Numbered from the whole stretch's first letter, positions 37,401 to 50,428 are shown. The stretch: 63,759 bases of DNA, filler included, from Lama guanicoe (GCA_013239625.1; 211 parts of 211 records of this genome joined end to end with filler, not necessarily neighbours in it); one strand, 5' to 3'. A program made the numbers and translations. The notes: generated from the letters alone by a model not told the origin.

Positions 37401-39635
37401 NNNNNNNNNNNNNNNNNNNNNNNNNNNNNNNNNNNNNNNNNNNNTTAATTAATTAANNNNNNNNNNNNNNNNNNNNNNNNNNNNNNNNNNNNNNNNNNNN
37501 TGGGGTGACTCTTGGGGGTGTTATTTGAGTTATCTGAGCCGTGGAGGCATCAGGAACTGTCCACAGAGCAGAGATCTGGGAATCCTGGTGGGGTCCCGTG
37601 GAGGGTGGGGAAACCGGCCCACGCGGTACAAGAGGGAGATGGTGCACATGCTCATTACTGCTCGCCTCCCCGTCCCTCGTCGTGCAGCGTGTGCAGTGCG
37701 TTGNNNNNNNNNNNNNNNNNNNNNNNNNNNNNNNNNNNNNNNNNNNNTTAATTAATTAANNNNNNNNNNNNNNNNNNNNNNNNNNNNNNNNNNNNNNNNN
37801 NNNGAATTCATTAATAACACAAACAGTAGAAGTAGAGATTTAAATCCTGTTATTAATGAACTCAAATAGATGAGCGGACTCAGAGCACTATACTCACCAT
37901 TACATATAATTTTTCAATTCACAAGAAATGTTTACAAAACTCTGGCCATATTCGAGACCATGAAGTGAAACTCAACTAATTTAGAATGATTTAATTTAAA
38001 GAAAGTNNNNNNNNNNNNNNNNNNNNNNNNNNNNNNNNNNNNNNNNNNNNTTAATTAATTAANNNNNNNNNNNNNNNNNNNNNNNNNNNNNNNNNNNNNN
38101 NNNNNNAACAATCTCATCTGCTAAGGGCCACCTGGTTTTCCCAGACCAAGGAGGATAGAGTGCTGCCATCTACTTTGCTTGATAATCCAAGGCTAGAAGT
38201 TGTTACCTTTTGGGGTCTTGAAATCCCTGGGACACACGACGAACCCTGTTCTAAGAATACCGCAAAGCAGTGCATGCTACCACATTTTCTATGTAATTTT
38301 CAAGGGTTCNNNNNNNNNNNNNNNNNNNNNNNNNNNNNNNNNNNNNNNNNNNNTTAATTAATTAANNNNNNNNNNNNNNNNNNNNNNNNNNNNNNNNNNN
38401 NNNNNNNNNGGTGTAATATACACTATGGTGTGCTGTTTCCCCAGAGCGGTGGTTCTGGTGTTTTCTGGTTAATCTGTATCAGTAAAAACTGCGGAGGGCA
38501 GGGAGCGGATAAGCTATGGTCCAACCTAGAGGAGAACGTCTCCCAGTCCCAGCCGGCAAAGCGGAGAAGCGGGGCGTTTGTTCCTTGTATTTCTAGAGAT
38601 TTGTCCTCAGAANNNNNNNNNNNNNNNNNNNNNNNNNNNNNNNNNNNNNNNNNNNNTTAATTAATTAANNNNNNNNNNNNNNNNNNNNNNNNNNNNNNNN
38701 NNNNNNNNNNNNTGCCTTGTCACCTGAAATTTTAAGAGATTAAGCTGTAAGTTGTTGACAGGTACAGGCAGGTAATAGTAATTTAGTCTTATACTACCCA
38801 AGTCATTTTAATCTTTCTGTCACCACATTTTAGTATTGTGATGAAGCAGATAAATGAAATGCTCATACCTAAAATGAGTATTTTGAAATTAAGATTCAGT
38901 TGTGTGAACAAAAAANNNNNNNNNNNNNNNNNNNNNNNNNNNNNNNNNNNNNNNNNNNNTTAATTAATTAANNNNNNNNNNNNNNNNNNNNNNNNNNNNN
39001 NNNNNNNNNNNNNNNTAAAAATGGAATTAAAATTATTCAGGCTCAAAAATGCAAATATAATGCACCTCTACCAGCAGGAAAATAAAATTTTAAAGGCAAA
39101 ACTTGTATATTAAGGCCAGTGTTTCGATGCCTCTGAAAGTCTTAGTTTGATTCTGGAACTGATCTCATCGAAATTCACTTCATGCATTTTTATAAAGTAA
39201 TCAAATATTTCACTGTTTNNNNNNNNNNNNNNNNNNNNNNNNNNNNNNNNNNNNNNNNNNNNTTAATTAATTAANNNNNNNNNNNNNNNNNNNNNNNNNN
39301 NNNNNNNNNNNNNNNNNNGAAAATACAGTCTCTCTGTGTGCATTGCAAGGAGAAACAAGATTGATGAAAATATATTCAGTCATGTTACCAAAACTTTTAT
39401 GTTCTGGCTGTTGATAAATGCCATGTCAGGATAGAGTGCTTCTCCTTGGAGAGGCAATAATAAAATTAACAAAAAAAAAAAAGTGTATGGAAACTGGTTG
39501 AAAAATATTGAAAAGCAAGAGNNNNNNNNNNNNNNNNNNNNNNNNNNNNNNNNNNNNNNNNNNNNTTAATTAATTAANNNNNNNNNNNNNNNNNNNNNNN
39601 NNNNNNNNNNNNNNNNNNNNNGTGAGACTTTTTGT

Positions 39636-39824
39636 GGGGGAAGCCAAGATGGTGGAGCAGAAGGATGCTCACAGCTCACCCTTTCCCACAAATGCACCAA
39701 GACTCATATCCATAGACCCTCTCAGTTAACCAGAGAACCTGCAGGACTCTTGTAGAACATTGTCCTCTTCAATAAATAAAGATGCAAAAAATCTGATAGG
39801 AGAAAATGAAGAAAGAAAGAAGAA
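39636..39824 (+). mobile_element. L1 5' terminus (internal promoter start), camelid type
   Basis: G-run, then a YY1-type CAAGATGG at 39645-39652, then gcagaaggatgctcacagctcaccctttcccacaaa; CpGs decayed. Confidence 0.8.
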
Positions 39825-40227
39825 NNNNNNNNNNNNNNNNNNNNNNNNNNNNNNNNNNNNNNNNNNNNTTAATTAATTAANNNNNNNNNNNNNNNNNNNN
39901 NNNNNNNNNNNNNNNNNNNNNNNNCCATGGGGTCTTTGGGTGGGCTGGAAGTTATTTTCTCCAGATGACGCCTCGTGTTTCCAGATGAAGCCTCAGCATC
40001 TGATCAGAACGACTACTGCGCGCTGCTCTCTGTGTGCGAGGACCCCCGCGGGGTGGGGACACACAGGCAGCGTCTCCATGGGCACCTCAAGTCGGTCTTG
40101 CTCACGGTTTTCCCTCTGCGGCTCTCTNNNNNNNNNNNNNNNNNNNNNNNNNNNNNNNNNNNNNNNNNNNNTTAATTAATTAANNNNNNNNNNNNNNNNN
40201 NNNNNNNNNNNNNNNNNNNNNNNNNNN

Positions 40228-40390
40228 ACTGTACAGCACAGGGAACTATATTCAATATCTTATAATAATCTGTAATGTAAAAGGATATGAGAAAGAATAC
40301 ACATATGTCTAACTGAATCACTATGCTGTACACAGAAATTAACACAACATTGCATATCAAGTATACTTCAATTAAAAAAGGAAAAAAAAA
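40228..40390 (+). mobile_element. L1 3' end with A-rich tail
   Basis: actgtacagcacagggaactatattcaatatctt...gaaattaacacaacattg...tatacttcaattaaaaaaggaaaaaaaaa. Confidence 0.92.
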
Positions 40391-40832
40391 CCCAATAAAA
40401 CAAAGTGAGCTCTCATCATCACATGCAGANNNNNNNNNNNNNNNNNNNNNNNNNNNNNNNNNNNNNNNNNNNNTTAATTAATTAANNNNNNNNNNNNNNN
40501 NNNNNNNNNNNNNNNNNNNNNNNNNNNNNCCCCCATTAAAAAAAATTCCCCTGCCCCTTTCCCCCAGTGAAAGTCTCACATACCGGACAGTGAGGTTCGA
40601 AACATGATACTTGGAAACTCTATTTATAGGTGACTTTATTTCTCTCACTAGCCCTGTGAGGAAGATATCATTATTCATATTTGACATACAATAAAATTTG
40701 GATGCAGGGTGAGTCCCTTCTTTGGGTCAGAANNNNNNNNNNNNNNNNNNNNNNNNNNNNNNNNNNNNNNNNNNNNTTAATTAATTAANNNNNNNNNNNN
40801 NNNNNNNNNNNNNNNNNNNNNNNNNNNNNNNN

Positions 40833-41035
40833 CCCCCCCCCCGCGGCTCCCCCGTGAGTGTCATCCCTGATGCAGGTGGCCACGCCACCTCCCAGCAGCT
40901 CGGCCCGCGGGGCCCACCGAGAGGGCAGCAGTGACAACAGAAGCAACTCAGCCCGTGGCCTGAGGGAGCCGGCTGCCATCGCCGGCCCGGGAGCGGCGCG
41001 GCGGCGGCGGCGGCGCGGCCGGGGCTGGGCGGGTG
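40833..41035 (-). other. CpG-island fragment, possible first coding exon (MAAGSLRPRAELLLLSLLPS...)
   Basis: GC/CpG-rich. Minus-strand gccggcgATGG Kozak context at 40979, a (GCG)6 tract at 40998-41015 upstream of it, and a leucine-rich N-terminus. Gene not recognised. Confidence 0.4.
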
Positions 41036-41135
41036 NNNNNNNNNNNNNNNNNNNNNNNNNNNNNNNNNNNNNNNNNNNNTTAATTAATTAANNNNNNNNN
41101 NNNNNNNNNNNNNNNNNNNNNNNNNNNNNNNNNNN

Positions 41136-41338
41136 TCCAATTTTGAAAAAAAAATTACAAGGCATAGAAAGAAACAAGAAAGTATGGCCAATTCAAAAGA
41201 AAAAAAAAATCAGCAAAATCTGTTCCCGAAAAACACTTAACAGAACATATGTCAGACAAAGACCTCAAAATAACAGTCTTAGAAGATGTTCTAAGAACTA
41301 AAGGAAGAAGAGGAGAAAGTCAAGAAAGCCATCTATGA
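41136..41338 (+). mobile_element. L1M ORF1-start region
   Basis: aaaattacaaggcatagaaagaaacaagaaagtatggcc...agacaaagac...agatgttctaagaactaaaggaa. Confidence 0.75.
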
Positions 41339-42347
41339 NNNNNNNNNNNNNNNNNNNNNNNNNNNNNNNNNNNNNNNNNNNNTTAATTAATTAANNNNNN
41401 NNNNNNNNNNNNNNNNNNNNNNNNNNNNNNNNNNNNNNACAAACAAGTGGATTCAATTAAGTGTAATATAAATAAAAAGCACACATAAAGAGAAAATGAT
41501 AATGCAAAATAGTAAGACAATATATCATTAACTTTTACAAATAATTAAGGACAAATCAGTGAAAATTAGGAAAGAAGTATTTTCTCTCATCAATATTTTC
41601 ATCATCTCTTCTTTTAAACTGCTAAAATCTTAAGGGCTGGGNNNNNNNNNNNNNNNNNNNNNNNNNNNNNNNNNNNNNNNNNNNNTTAATTAATTAANNN
41701 NNNNNNNNNNNNNNNNNNNNNNNNNNNNNNNNNNNNNNNNNAAAGGAAAGGAAGAGTAAGAAAGGAAGAAAAGAATGAATTCTGGAAGTTCAGAGGCAGG
41801 GGAACCTGTTTTTGGCGGGGATCAGAGCAGCACCTAAAATGGGTCTCTGTGGTGGCGGGCACTGGGCAGCGCTGGTGGACAGCTGAGCAGGGAGCGCGGG
41901 CACGTCCATGTCATCACTCCTGTGCAACACCCCACCTAAGTAGANNNNNNNNNNNNNNNNNNNNNNNNNNNNNNNNNNNNNNNNNNNNTTAATTAATTAA
42001 NNNNNNNNNNNNNNNNNNNNNNNNNNNNNNNNNNNNNNNNNNNNATTAGCATGTGCTGGTCACTAATAGCATCTCATGAATCACTTACCATTTTACATTT
42101 GAGAAAATGGGAGGGACAACCTGTCAACCCTTTCATCCCTAGTATGTGGGGAAGCGCGCTCTGGGTCCATATTTATCTGACAGTGGTGGCATGTGGATTG
42201 CCATGCTGTAGGGGTTCTCCTGCAGGGAGGCTGTCAAGAATGGCAGANNNNNNNNNNNNNNNNNNNNNNNNNNNNNNNNNNNNNNNNNNNNTTAATTAAT
42301 TAANNNNNNNNNNNNNNNNNNNNNNNNNNNNNNNNNNNNNNNNNNNN

Positions 42348-42550
42348 AGAGATATTTGGGCAGTAGTGGTCAGGTATTGGTGGTGGGTTGGATGTGAGGA
42401 TGAGGAGGAGGTCAGAGTTAAGGTTTCTGACTGAACGGGTGGTAGTGACGTGTACCGAAAGAGGGAACACTAGTAGAGTGAACAGTTGTGGACTAACAAG
42501 ATAAACACATTTTGGACCTATTGAATTTGAGTTACCTGCAAGACATCTAA
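42348..42550 (-). mobile_element. L2 fragment
   Basis: ttggatgtgaggatgagg...aggtttctgactg...ttttggacctattgaatttgagttacctgcaagacatc. Confidence 0.75.
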
Positions 42551-43559
42551 NNNNNNNNNNNNNNNNNNNNNNNNNNNNNNNNNNNNNNNNNNNNTTAATT
42601 AATTAANNNNNNNNNNNNNNNNNNNNNNNNNNNNNNNNNNNNNNNNNNNNTTGAATAGAAGTACCCTGTTGGAAATAGTCTGCAGGAACCAACTTTCACA
42701 TAGTATTGCTGCTAGAGATTGGACTATGCGCAGTGCTGGTTACATACAATAAAGTCTGATTAATTAACCTTTATTTTTCTTAATAATTCATATGTCACAG
42801 AATACAAGTCAATCAGAAAATTACTTTTAGTAAAATTTCACCACCAGATAATANNNNNNNNNNNNNNNNNNNNNNNNNNNNNNNNNNNNNNNNNNNNTTA
42901 ATTAATTAANNNNNNNNNNNNNNNNNNNNNNNNNNNNNNNNNNNNNNNNNNNNTTGAATAGAAGTACCCTGTTGGAAATAGTCTGCAGGAACCAACTTTC
43001 ACTTAGTATTGCTGCTAGAGATTGGAATATGCGCAGTGCTGGTTACATACAATAAAGTCTGACTAATTAACCTTTATTTTTCTTAATAATTCATATGTCA
43101 CAGAATGCAAGTCAATCAGAAAATTACTTTTAGTAAAATTTCACCACCAGATAATANNNNNNNNNNNNNNNNNNNNNNNNNNNNNNNNNNNNNNNNNNNN
43201 TTAATTAATTAANNNNNNNNNNNNNNNNNNNNNNNNNNNNNNNNNNNNNNNNNNNNTTACAAAGCTGACAAAACTCCAAGTCCTTTGTAGACTAAGAAAA
43301 CTAACGCCAGTGTCCCCAAAGGTTAACATGTAAGGGGTACAAATAACTAAGCTTCTTGAAGAGTGCAGAAGCACGCTACTCTCTACATCTTACACACTTA
43401 GCCTCTAGGGTAGAAACAGGGGTGTAAATTCTTCCGTATGCAACCAAGCAGCACCTAATNNNNNNNNNNNNNNNNNNNNNNNNNNNNNNNNNNNNNNNNN
43501 NNNTTAATTAATTAANNNNNNNNNNNNNNNNNNNNNNNNNNNNNNNNNNNNNNNNNNNN

Positions 43560-43762
43560 CTGTAGATTCCTTTGGGTAGTATAATCATTCTAACAGTATT
43601 AATTCTTCCAAGCCAAGACCATGGGATATCTTTCCATTTCTTTGAATCATCCTCCATTTCCTTTATCAATGTTTTATAGTTTCAATGTATAAGTGTTTCA
43701 TTTCTTTGGTCAGGTTTATTCCTAATTATTTTATTTTTTGATGCAATTTTAAAAGGGATTTT
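43560..43762 (-). mobile_element. L1 ORF2 fragment
   Basis: ctgtagattcctttgggtagtat...ttaattcttccaa...catgggatatctttccatttc...ggtttattcctaa. Confidence 0.93.
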
Positions 43763-45983
43763 NNNNNNNNNNNNNNNNNNNNNNNNNNNNNNNNNNNNNN
43801 NNNNNNTTAATTAATTAANNNNNNNNNNNNNNNNNNNNNNNNNNNNNNNNNNNNNNNNNNNNCCTCCCCTCTGCTCAGGTCTCTGAGGCACTGGGGCAGG
43901 CAGGGGGCCTGTGATCTGTTCCCTGTGGATCAGTCAGGAAGGACTGGCTCCGCTGCAGTAACGTGCAAACCCGGAAGTCTCACGGTGACAGCACAGAAAA
44001 ACCTAATCGCTTTGGAAACCCGACGGCGTTGGTGGATGTAATGGCTCTGCTCTATTCAGTCTTTTNNNNNNNNNNNNNNNNNNNNNNNNNNNNNNNNNNN
44101 NNNNNNNNNTTAATTAATTAANNNNNNNNNNNNNNNNNNNNNNNNNNNNNNNNNNNNNNNNNNNNGTCCCTTTCTCCCTTGCGCCCTGCTTCCTGGGGTT
44201 CCTGGCTTATTCCCCGTTTGAGACAGTGACGTTAGAGGGTGGGGCTCATGTCTTAGTAGTTTTAACCTGCCCTACACAGCCTTGTACCGTAGGAAGGGAG
44301 CTGTTTCTTGAGTGAATATATGACTAGATGGAGAGATGGAGTGGATGGATAAATGGATGAGTGGATGGNNNNNNNNNNNNNNNNNNNNNNNNNNNNNNNN
44401 NNNNNNNNNNNNTTAATTAATTAANNNNNNNNNNNNNNNNNNNNNNNNNNNNNNNNNNNNNNNNNNNNTGTGCATTTCTGAATTCTCAAGTATCACTGAG
44501 CCTTGTACCCTTGGATCGCACGTCGTATCCCATTGGTATTAGAGATGGTGGCTTTTCCTTTCTTTGTTGTGTGGCCGTCTGGTGTGGTGTATATCTGTCC
44601 TTTTCCTCTTTTTAATACAGGATTTGTCAAAGTAATGTGTATATTTCTTTAAATTCTGCTGTTTAGAAATGNNNNNNNNNNNNNNNNNNNNNNNNNNNNN
44701 NNNNNNNNNNNNNNNTTAATTAATTAANNNNNNNNNNNNNNNNNNNNNNNNNNNNNNNNNNNNNNNNNNNNACTCCTTTTTGATGGCATCAGTATATTTG
44801 CACTGAAGCAAGATTAGATCATTGCCACTCCAGAGAATGCTGGAAGCAGGAAGGGGGCTAGAATTGGGGTAAGTCACAGCCACAACTCCTATCAGGCATC
44901 AAAAATTTATGTTGCATTGGTATTTGTTATTCAAATGAGATTAATTTGAATATAGAAATATTGGCTTTTTTTTTNNNNNNNNNNNNNNNNNNNNNNNNNN
45001 NNNNNNNNNNNNNNNNNNTTAATTAATTAANNNNNNNNNNNNNNNNNNNNNNNNNNNNNNNNNNNNNNNNNNNNATCTTCCAATAAGGTTCAGGTATTTC
45101 AGTCCTTCAAAGATTTCCACAAGGTCCTATGTGCTGCTCTATCTACTGCAGTTTCTCTCATTAACATACAGCCATATTTAAGGAAAAACTAAAATTTATA
45201 CATTGTTTTCCAGTGTTTAAATGTGAATGAAGTTTTCTTACAAAATGAAAACTGGATGGATTTGTACAAGAGGGAAGNNNNNNNNNNNNNNNNNNNNNNN
45301 NNNNNNNNNNNNNNNNNNNNNTTAATTAATTAANNNNNNNNNNNNNNNNNNNNNNNNNNNNNNNNNNNNNNNNNNNNGGAAAAGAGATTTACGTAACGGA
45401 TTGTGACAACAGGACCTTTTGGATGGGTGCATCTTCCCAAACCCTGGAACAAGTTCACACGTATGGTCTGAGCTCCATCCAAGACATCTAGCTGCCTGGA
45501 TCTGTGAACAATTTCTTCTACCAATTACAAGCGCTACCTTGGAAAAGATACTTAATTTTCCAAGCATGAATTCAGTCATANNNNNNNNNNNNNNNNNNNN
45601 NNNNNNNNNNNNNNNNNNNNNNNNTTAATTAATTAANNNNNNNNNNNNNNNNNNNNNNNNNNNNNNNNNNNNNNNNNNNNTAAAGGAAATTACAAAAAGA
45701 CTTAAAGAGATACTGGGCCACCAATTTTCCACAAAGAACTAGCCACAAATCTGGGAAAACTGGAATAAAAGGGAAAAAGCTGTGGCTACTGCCAGTACCC
45801 CAAGACAGCAGCCCACAACCCTCTGCATACAGCTCAGCTCAGACCACTAGCAGGGTTACACCAGCCACCTGTTCTCATGCTGCNNNNNNNNNNNNNNNNN
45901 NNNNNNNNNNNNNNNNNNNNNNNNNNNTTAATTAATTAANNNNNNNNNNNNNNNNNNNNNNNNNNNNNNNNNNNNNNNNNNNN

Positions 45984-46186
45984 CCGCACACTGGGTGACG
46001 GGAACCACAGGGGCTCACTGTCTCACAGCCCTCGGGGCGGGGAGTCTGCAGGCAGGGTGTTAGCAAGGCTGGTTCCTCCTGAGGACAGGGAGGGAGAGGC
46101 TGGTCCAGGCCTCTCTCCTCGGCTTGGAGACGACTGGCTTCTCTCCACATTTCATCACGTCATCTCCCATGTACACGTGTCTCTGT
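45984..46186 (-). mobile_element. MLT1 (MaLR) LTR fragment
   Basis: tgtctcacagccctc...agggtgttagcaaggctggttcctcctgagg...ccaggcctctctcctcggctt...gtgtctctgt. Confidence 0.85.
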
Positions 46187-48104
46187 NNNNNNNNNNNNNN
46201 NNNNNNNNNNNNNNNNNNNNNNNNNNNNNNTTAATTAATTAANNNNNNNNNNNNNNNNNNNNNNNNNNNNNNNNNNNNNNNNNNNNTGTTTTTTTTTAAG
46301 GATAGGAGCAAAAAGCCTTTCTCCCTCTCTCAGATCTCAGCCTTGGGCAGTCCCCTCCCCCTTACTCACAAGGTTTTCCTGGAGTTTCACTGCAGATGGA
46401 GAGAGGGAGCCACCAGCCAGTCTCCGCCCCCATCTCCCCTCTTCTCCTCTCCTGGTTGGTTAGCGCTGTGCCAGGACAGAGGACGCAGTNNNNNNNNNNN
46501 NNNNNNNNNNNNNNNNNNNNNNNNNNNNNNNNNTTAATTAATTAANNNNNNNNNNNNNNNNNNNNNNNNNNNNNNNNNNNNNNNNNNNNCCAGTGGGAGC
46601 AGGTGGACTTGCTCCCATCTCCCCCAGGCCCAGACCTGGGGACGGCCTCTGCTGCCCCAGGTTTGCAGATCGCATGTCACGTCAGCCTGTCCCTGGGAGG
46701 AGGGCTTAGTGTACTCGGTGCAGCCTCAGTGGCTGACAAGGGCTTTAGAAGTGGGCTCTAGCCCAGCATAACTAACTCTGCTTTCTTCTCTTNNNNNNNN
46801 NNNNNNNNNNNNNNNNNNNNNNNNNNNNNNNNNNNNTTAATTAATTAANNNNNNNNNNNNNNNNNNNNNNNNNNNNNNNNNNNNNNNNNNNNGTGCTGTC
46901 CCCAGCTGCCGGCCTTCCGTTTCCTTGTGTCTTTAGCTGGAGTCTTCTGTCATCTTCCTCCCCTCCTTGGCCTCTCGAGCGTGCATGCTGTGTGCAAGGG
47001 GGCCCTGGTGGCCGTCTGTGCCCCCTACTCCTTCCGCGGCTTACCATGTTACTTACCTGAACTCCAGATTTTACTTGGTTTTCACCATTTTCCTTNNNNN
47101 NNNNNNNNNNNNNNNNNNNNNNNNNNNNNNNNNNNNNNNTTAATTAATTAANNNNNNNNNNNNNNNNNNNNNNNNNNNNNNNNNNNNNNNNNNNNATCGA
47201 GTGCATCTCTATGGGCATTGGAGGTGTTTAAATAACATCCCCAACCTGTGAACAACTCTGCCCCCATAAATATGCGTGGACTCTGTTTCCCCACATCCAG
47301 TAGAACACACAGACTATTTAAGGTATCCTGATTGATGGTAGGCTCCTCTAAATGAAAGCAGCGCCTGGGTTCTAATAGTGTCCCTTACCTTGTCTTCCNN
47401 NNNNNNNNNNNNNNNNNNNNNNNNNNNNNNNNNNNNNNNNNNTTAATTAATTAANNNNNNNNNNNNNNNNNNNNNNNNNNNNNNNNNNNNNNNNNNNNGG
47501 AATTTAATACATCTTTGGGGGTCATTTTCAGTCCTTCCCCAGGAAGAAATGTCATGACACTTTACCCCAATTTTTTTCACTATATATTTTGTAAACGTGT
47601 ATTATCTCTCTCACTCTTCTTATTTTTATTCCTTCACCTCATTCTTGTGTAGAGAAGAAGGAGAAAGTCCTCAGACAAGTGTACCATGTATCCAGAAAAA
47701 GNNNNNNNNNNNNNNNNNNNNNNNNNNNNNNNNNNNNNNNNNNNNTTAATTAATTAANNNNNNNNNNNNNNNNNNNNNNNNNNNNNNNNNNNNNNNNNNN
47801 NTCGAAAACAACAAATGCGTGTTCTCGGATGGCTCAGAAGCCAGCTGGGATGTCTGGTGCTCTGCATCGTGAAAGAGGTGGGCAGCCTCCTCCCAAAACC
47901 GTCTCCGTGAAGATCTGTGTGCTTCGGCTCAGAGCGCGCACATTCTGATGAGTCTATGAAATCCAGCCTTCCGATTTACAGCCGTTCCGTGATGAACGCA
48001 TCCCNNNNNNNNNNNNNNNNNNNNNNNNNNNNNNNNNNNNNNNNNNNNTTAATTAATTAANNNNNNNNNNNNNNNNNNNNNNNNNNNNNNNNNNNNNNNN
48101 NNNN

Positions 48105-48307
48105 TATAATGATTAAAGGAGCAATAAACAATGAGGGTATTATACAAATTAATATATACTGACTCAATATAGGAGTACCTAAAAAAAAGACAAATGCTAA
48201 TAGATTAAAACAGAGAAATCCCTGGGAACACAAGCACAGTAGGAGAATATAACTCCCTATTACCATCACTGGATTTGTCTTTCACACAGAAAATTAATAA
48301 GGGAACA
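48105..48307 (+). mobile_element. L1 ORF2 endonuclease-domain fragment
   Basis: IMIKGAINNEGIIQINIY*LNIGVPK corresponds to L1 EN IMIKGSIQQEDITIVNIYAPNIGAP. Confidence 0.85.
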
Positions 48308-50304
48308 NNNNNNNNNNNNNNNNNNNNNNNNNNNNNNNNNNNNNNNNNNNNTTAATTAATTAANNNNNNNNNNNNNNNNNNNNNNNNNNNNNNNNNNNNN
48401 NNNNNNNTGAGTTAGAAAATTACAGATCTAATTATAAATTCTAATGAGATTACTTTGCAATTTAGTGAAAGCAGAAAACTGAACATGAAGGGGTCTCTGA
48501 AGGATAGCAAATAACCTGATAGATAAAGCACTTCAGAGGAGACAACAGACAACATGCCAAGTCACTCACACCAACACAGCAGGGACAGTCTCCTGAAGTA
48601 ATGACCAAAANNNNNNNNNNNNNNNNNNNNNNNNNNNNNNNNNNNNNNNNNNNNTTAATTAATTAANNNNNNNNNNNNNNNNNNNNNNNNNNNNNNNNNN
48701 NNNNNNNNNNAAAATAAAGAAATACTTAAAAGAAATCATCTATTTATTCTAACAGGTTTAAGATTGAATTTGAAACTGAGGGGCAATAATTTGATAACTG
48801 GCAAAATTGGTAATTTGTGTTTTAACTCTTTATTTCTTGATCTTTCTAAGCAGAAGTTTATCAATTATGTTGATCTAAAAAATTAGCTTTATGTTTCACT
48901 GATTTTTTTCTATNNNNNNNNNNNNNNNNNNNNNNNNNNNNNNNNNNNNNNNNNNNNTTAATTAATTAANNNNNNNNNNNNNNNNNNNNNNNNNNNNNNN
49001 NNNNNNNNNNNNNGGCAAAGCTTGGAAAAATCCCTCCTGGGTTCCCTGGTTCATGCTGGATGCCACCTGTGTCCGCCATGTCACCTAAGCTAGAGTCTTG
49101 GCCCTCATATCATCCCAGACTCTGCCTCCCCATTCTTATCTATTCCACCAACTCTGGTGATTTTTACAGGCAATAACCAATAACTCTATTATCATGACTA
49201 ACTCTAATCTGTCTCTNNNNNNNNNNNNNNNNNNNNNNNNNNNNNNNNNNNNNNNNNNNNTTAATTAATTAANNNNNNNNNNNNNNNNNNNNNNNNNNNN
49301 NNNNNNNNNNNNNNNNGCAACGGTCCTGTTTCCATCTGACCTCCACTCCTGGCCATGGTTCCTAAGCCCACAGGCTACATTTTCTTTTGCTTTGCCCACC
49401 AGAGCATGGCATGCACTTGGATCTCAGCAAATCAAGTGCCCACAATGGAGCACTTGAAACGGAGAAGGCCCAGGCCCTGCTCTGTAAGGCTCAGGCGCAC
49501 CTGGAGAAGCAGGTCACCCNNNNNNNNNNNNNNNNNNNNNNNNNNNNNNNNNNNNNNNNNNNNTTAATTAATTAANNNNNNNNNNNNNNNNNNNNNNNNN
49601 NNNNNNNNNNNNNNNNNNNTCCGTAGCTGTGGAGTGGGTGACAGTCTGCAGACCTCCCTGCTATCAGGGAGATCTGGTAATCTTCTAGTCCATGACTGCC
49701 TGGTAGAAGTTTCCGATAGATAATTTTAGGTAAACAAAGCCAAGGCATTATATTTTATTATCCAATCTCAATATCAATCTTTCAGATAAGGCCATAGCCC
49801 CCGCCCTCCAGACTGTATCAAGNNNNNNNNNNNNNNNNNNNNNNNNNNNNNNNNNNNNNNNNNNNNTTAATTAATTAANNNNNNNNNNNNNNNNNNNNNN
49901 NNNNNNNNNNNNNNNNNNNNNNCTCCCTCCTGCCCTCATTTCATTTTGTCTGAATGGACAAATGAGGAAGCACATTATCTTTTGAAAGACAATAACTCAA
50001 CTTCTTCCAGTTCTTTTTCTTTCATTCAGTTTTTTCTCTGCACTTAATTTTTTATCTCCTTGATCAACAAATTCTTATTTCTTTTCTCTGCAGCAAAATA
50101 CATGTATTTAATAGTTACAAACTGANNNNNNNNNNNNNNNNNNNNNNNNNNNNNNNNNNNNNNNNNNNNTTAATTAATTAANNNNNNNNNNNNNNNNNNN
50201 NNNNNNNNNNNNNNNNNNNNNNNNNTTTTTTTTTTAACCTACCTTTCCCAACTGTCTAAATTATAAGAATATTAAAATCAGGAGCTCTCTAAAACTTTTT
50301 TCCC

Positions 50305-50428
50305 TCACTAGATCACTGGTGTATTATAAAAGGATATTAAGCCGAAGGGAAGAGATGCTTAGGGCAAACAAGATATGAAGAAGGGGGACACAGCTTGCAC
50401 GCCCTCTCTGAGCGCATCCCTGTCCCCA
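50305..50428 (-). mobile_element. MER21-family LTR fragment
   Basis: tattataaaaggatatt...gaagagatgcttagggc...cagcttgcacgccctctctgagcgc. Confidence 0.7.

Noticed and set aside
45378..45491. Open frame GKEIYVTDCDNRTFWMGASSQTLEQVHTYGLSSIQDI*
   Set aside because: Not recognised and no codon bias or splice signal; cannot be supported without a search.
47050..47059. U1 snRNA 5' end (TACTTACCTG)
   Set aside because: No further U1 sequence follows; it is the reverse complement of a splice donor.
47945..47961. Hammerhead ribozyme core CTGATGA...GAAA
   Set aside because: Only 6 nt separate the motifs, with no G-C-closed stem II and no evident stems I/III.
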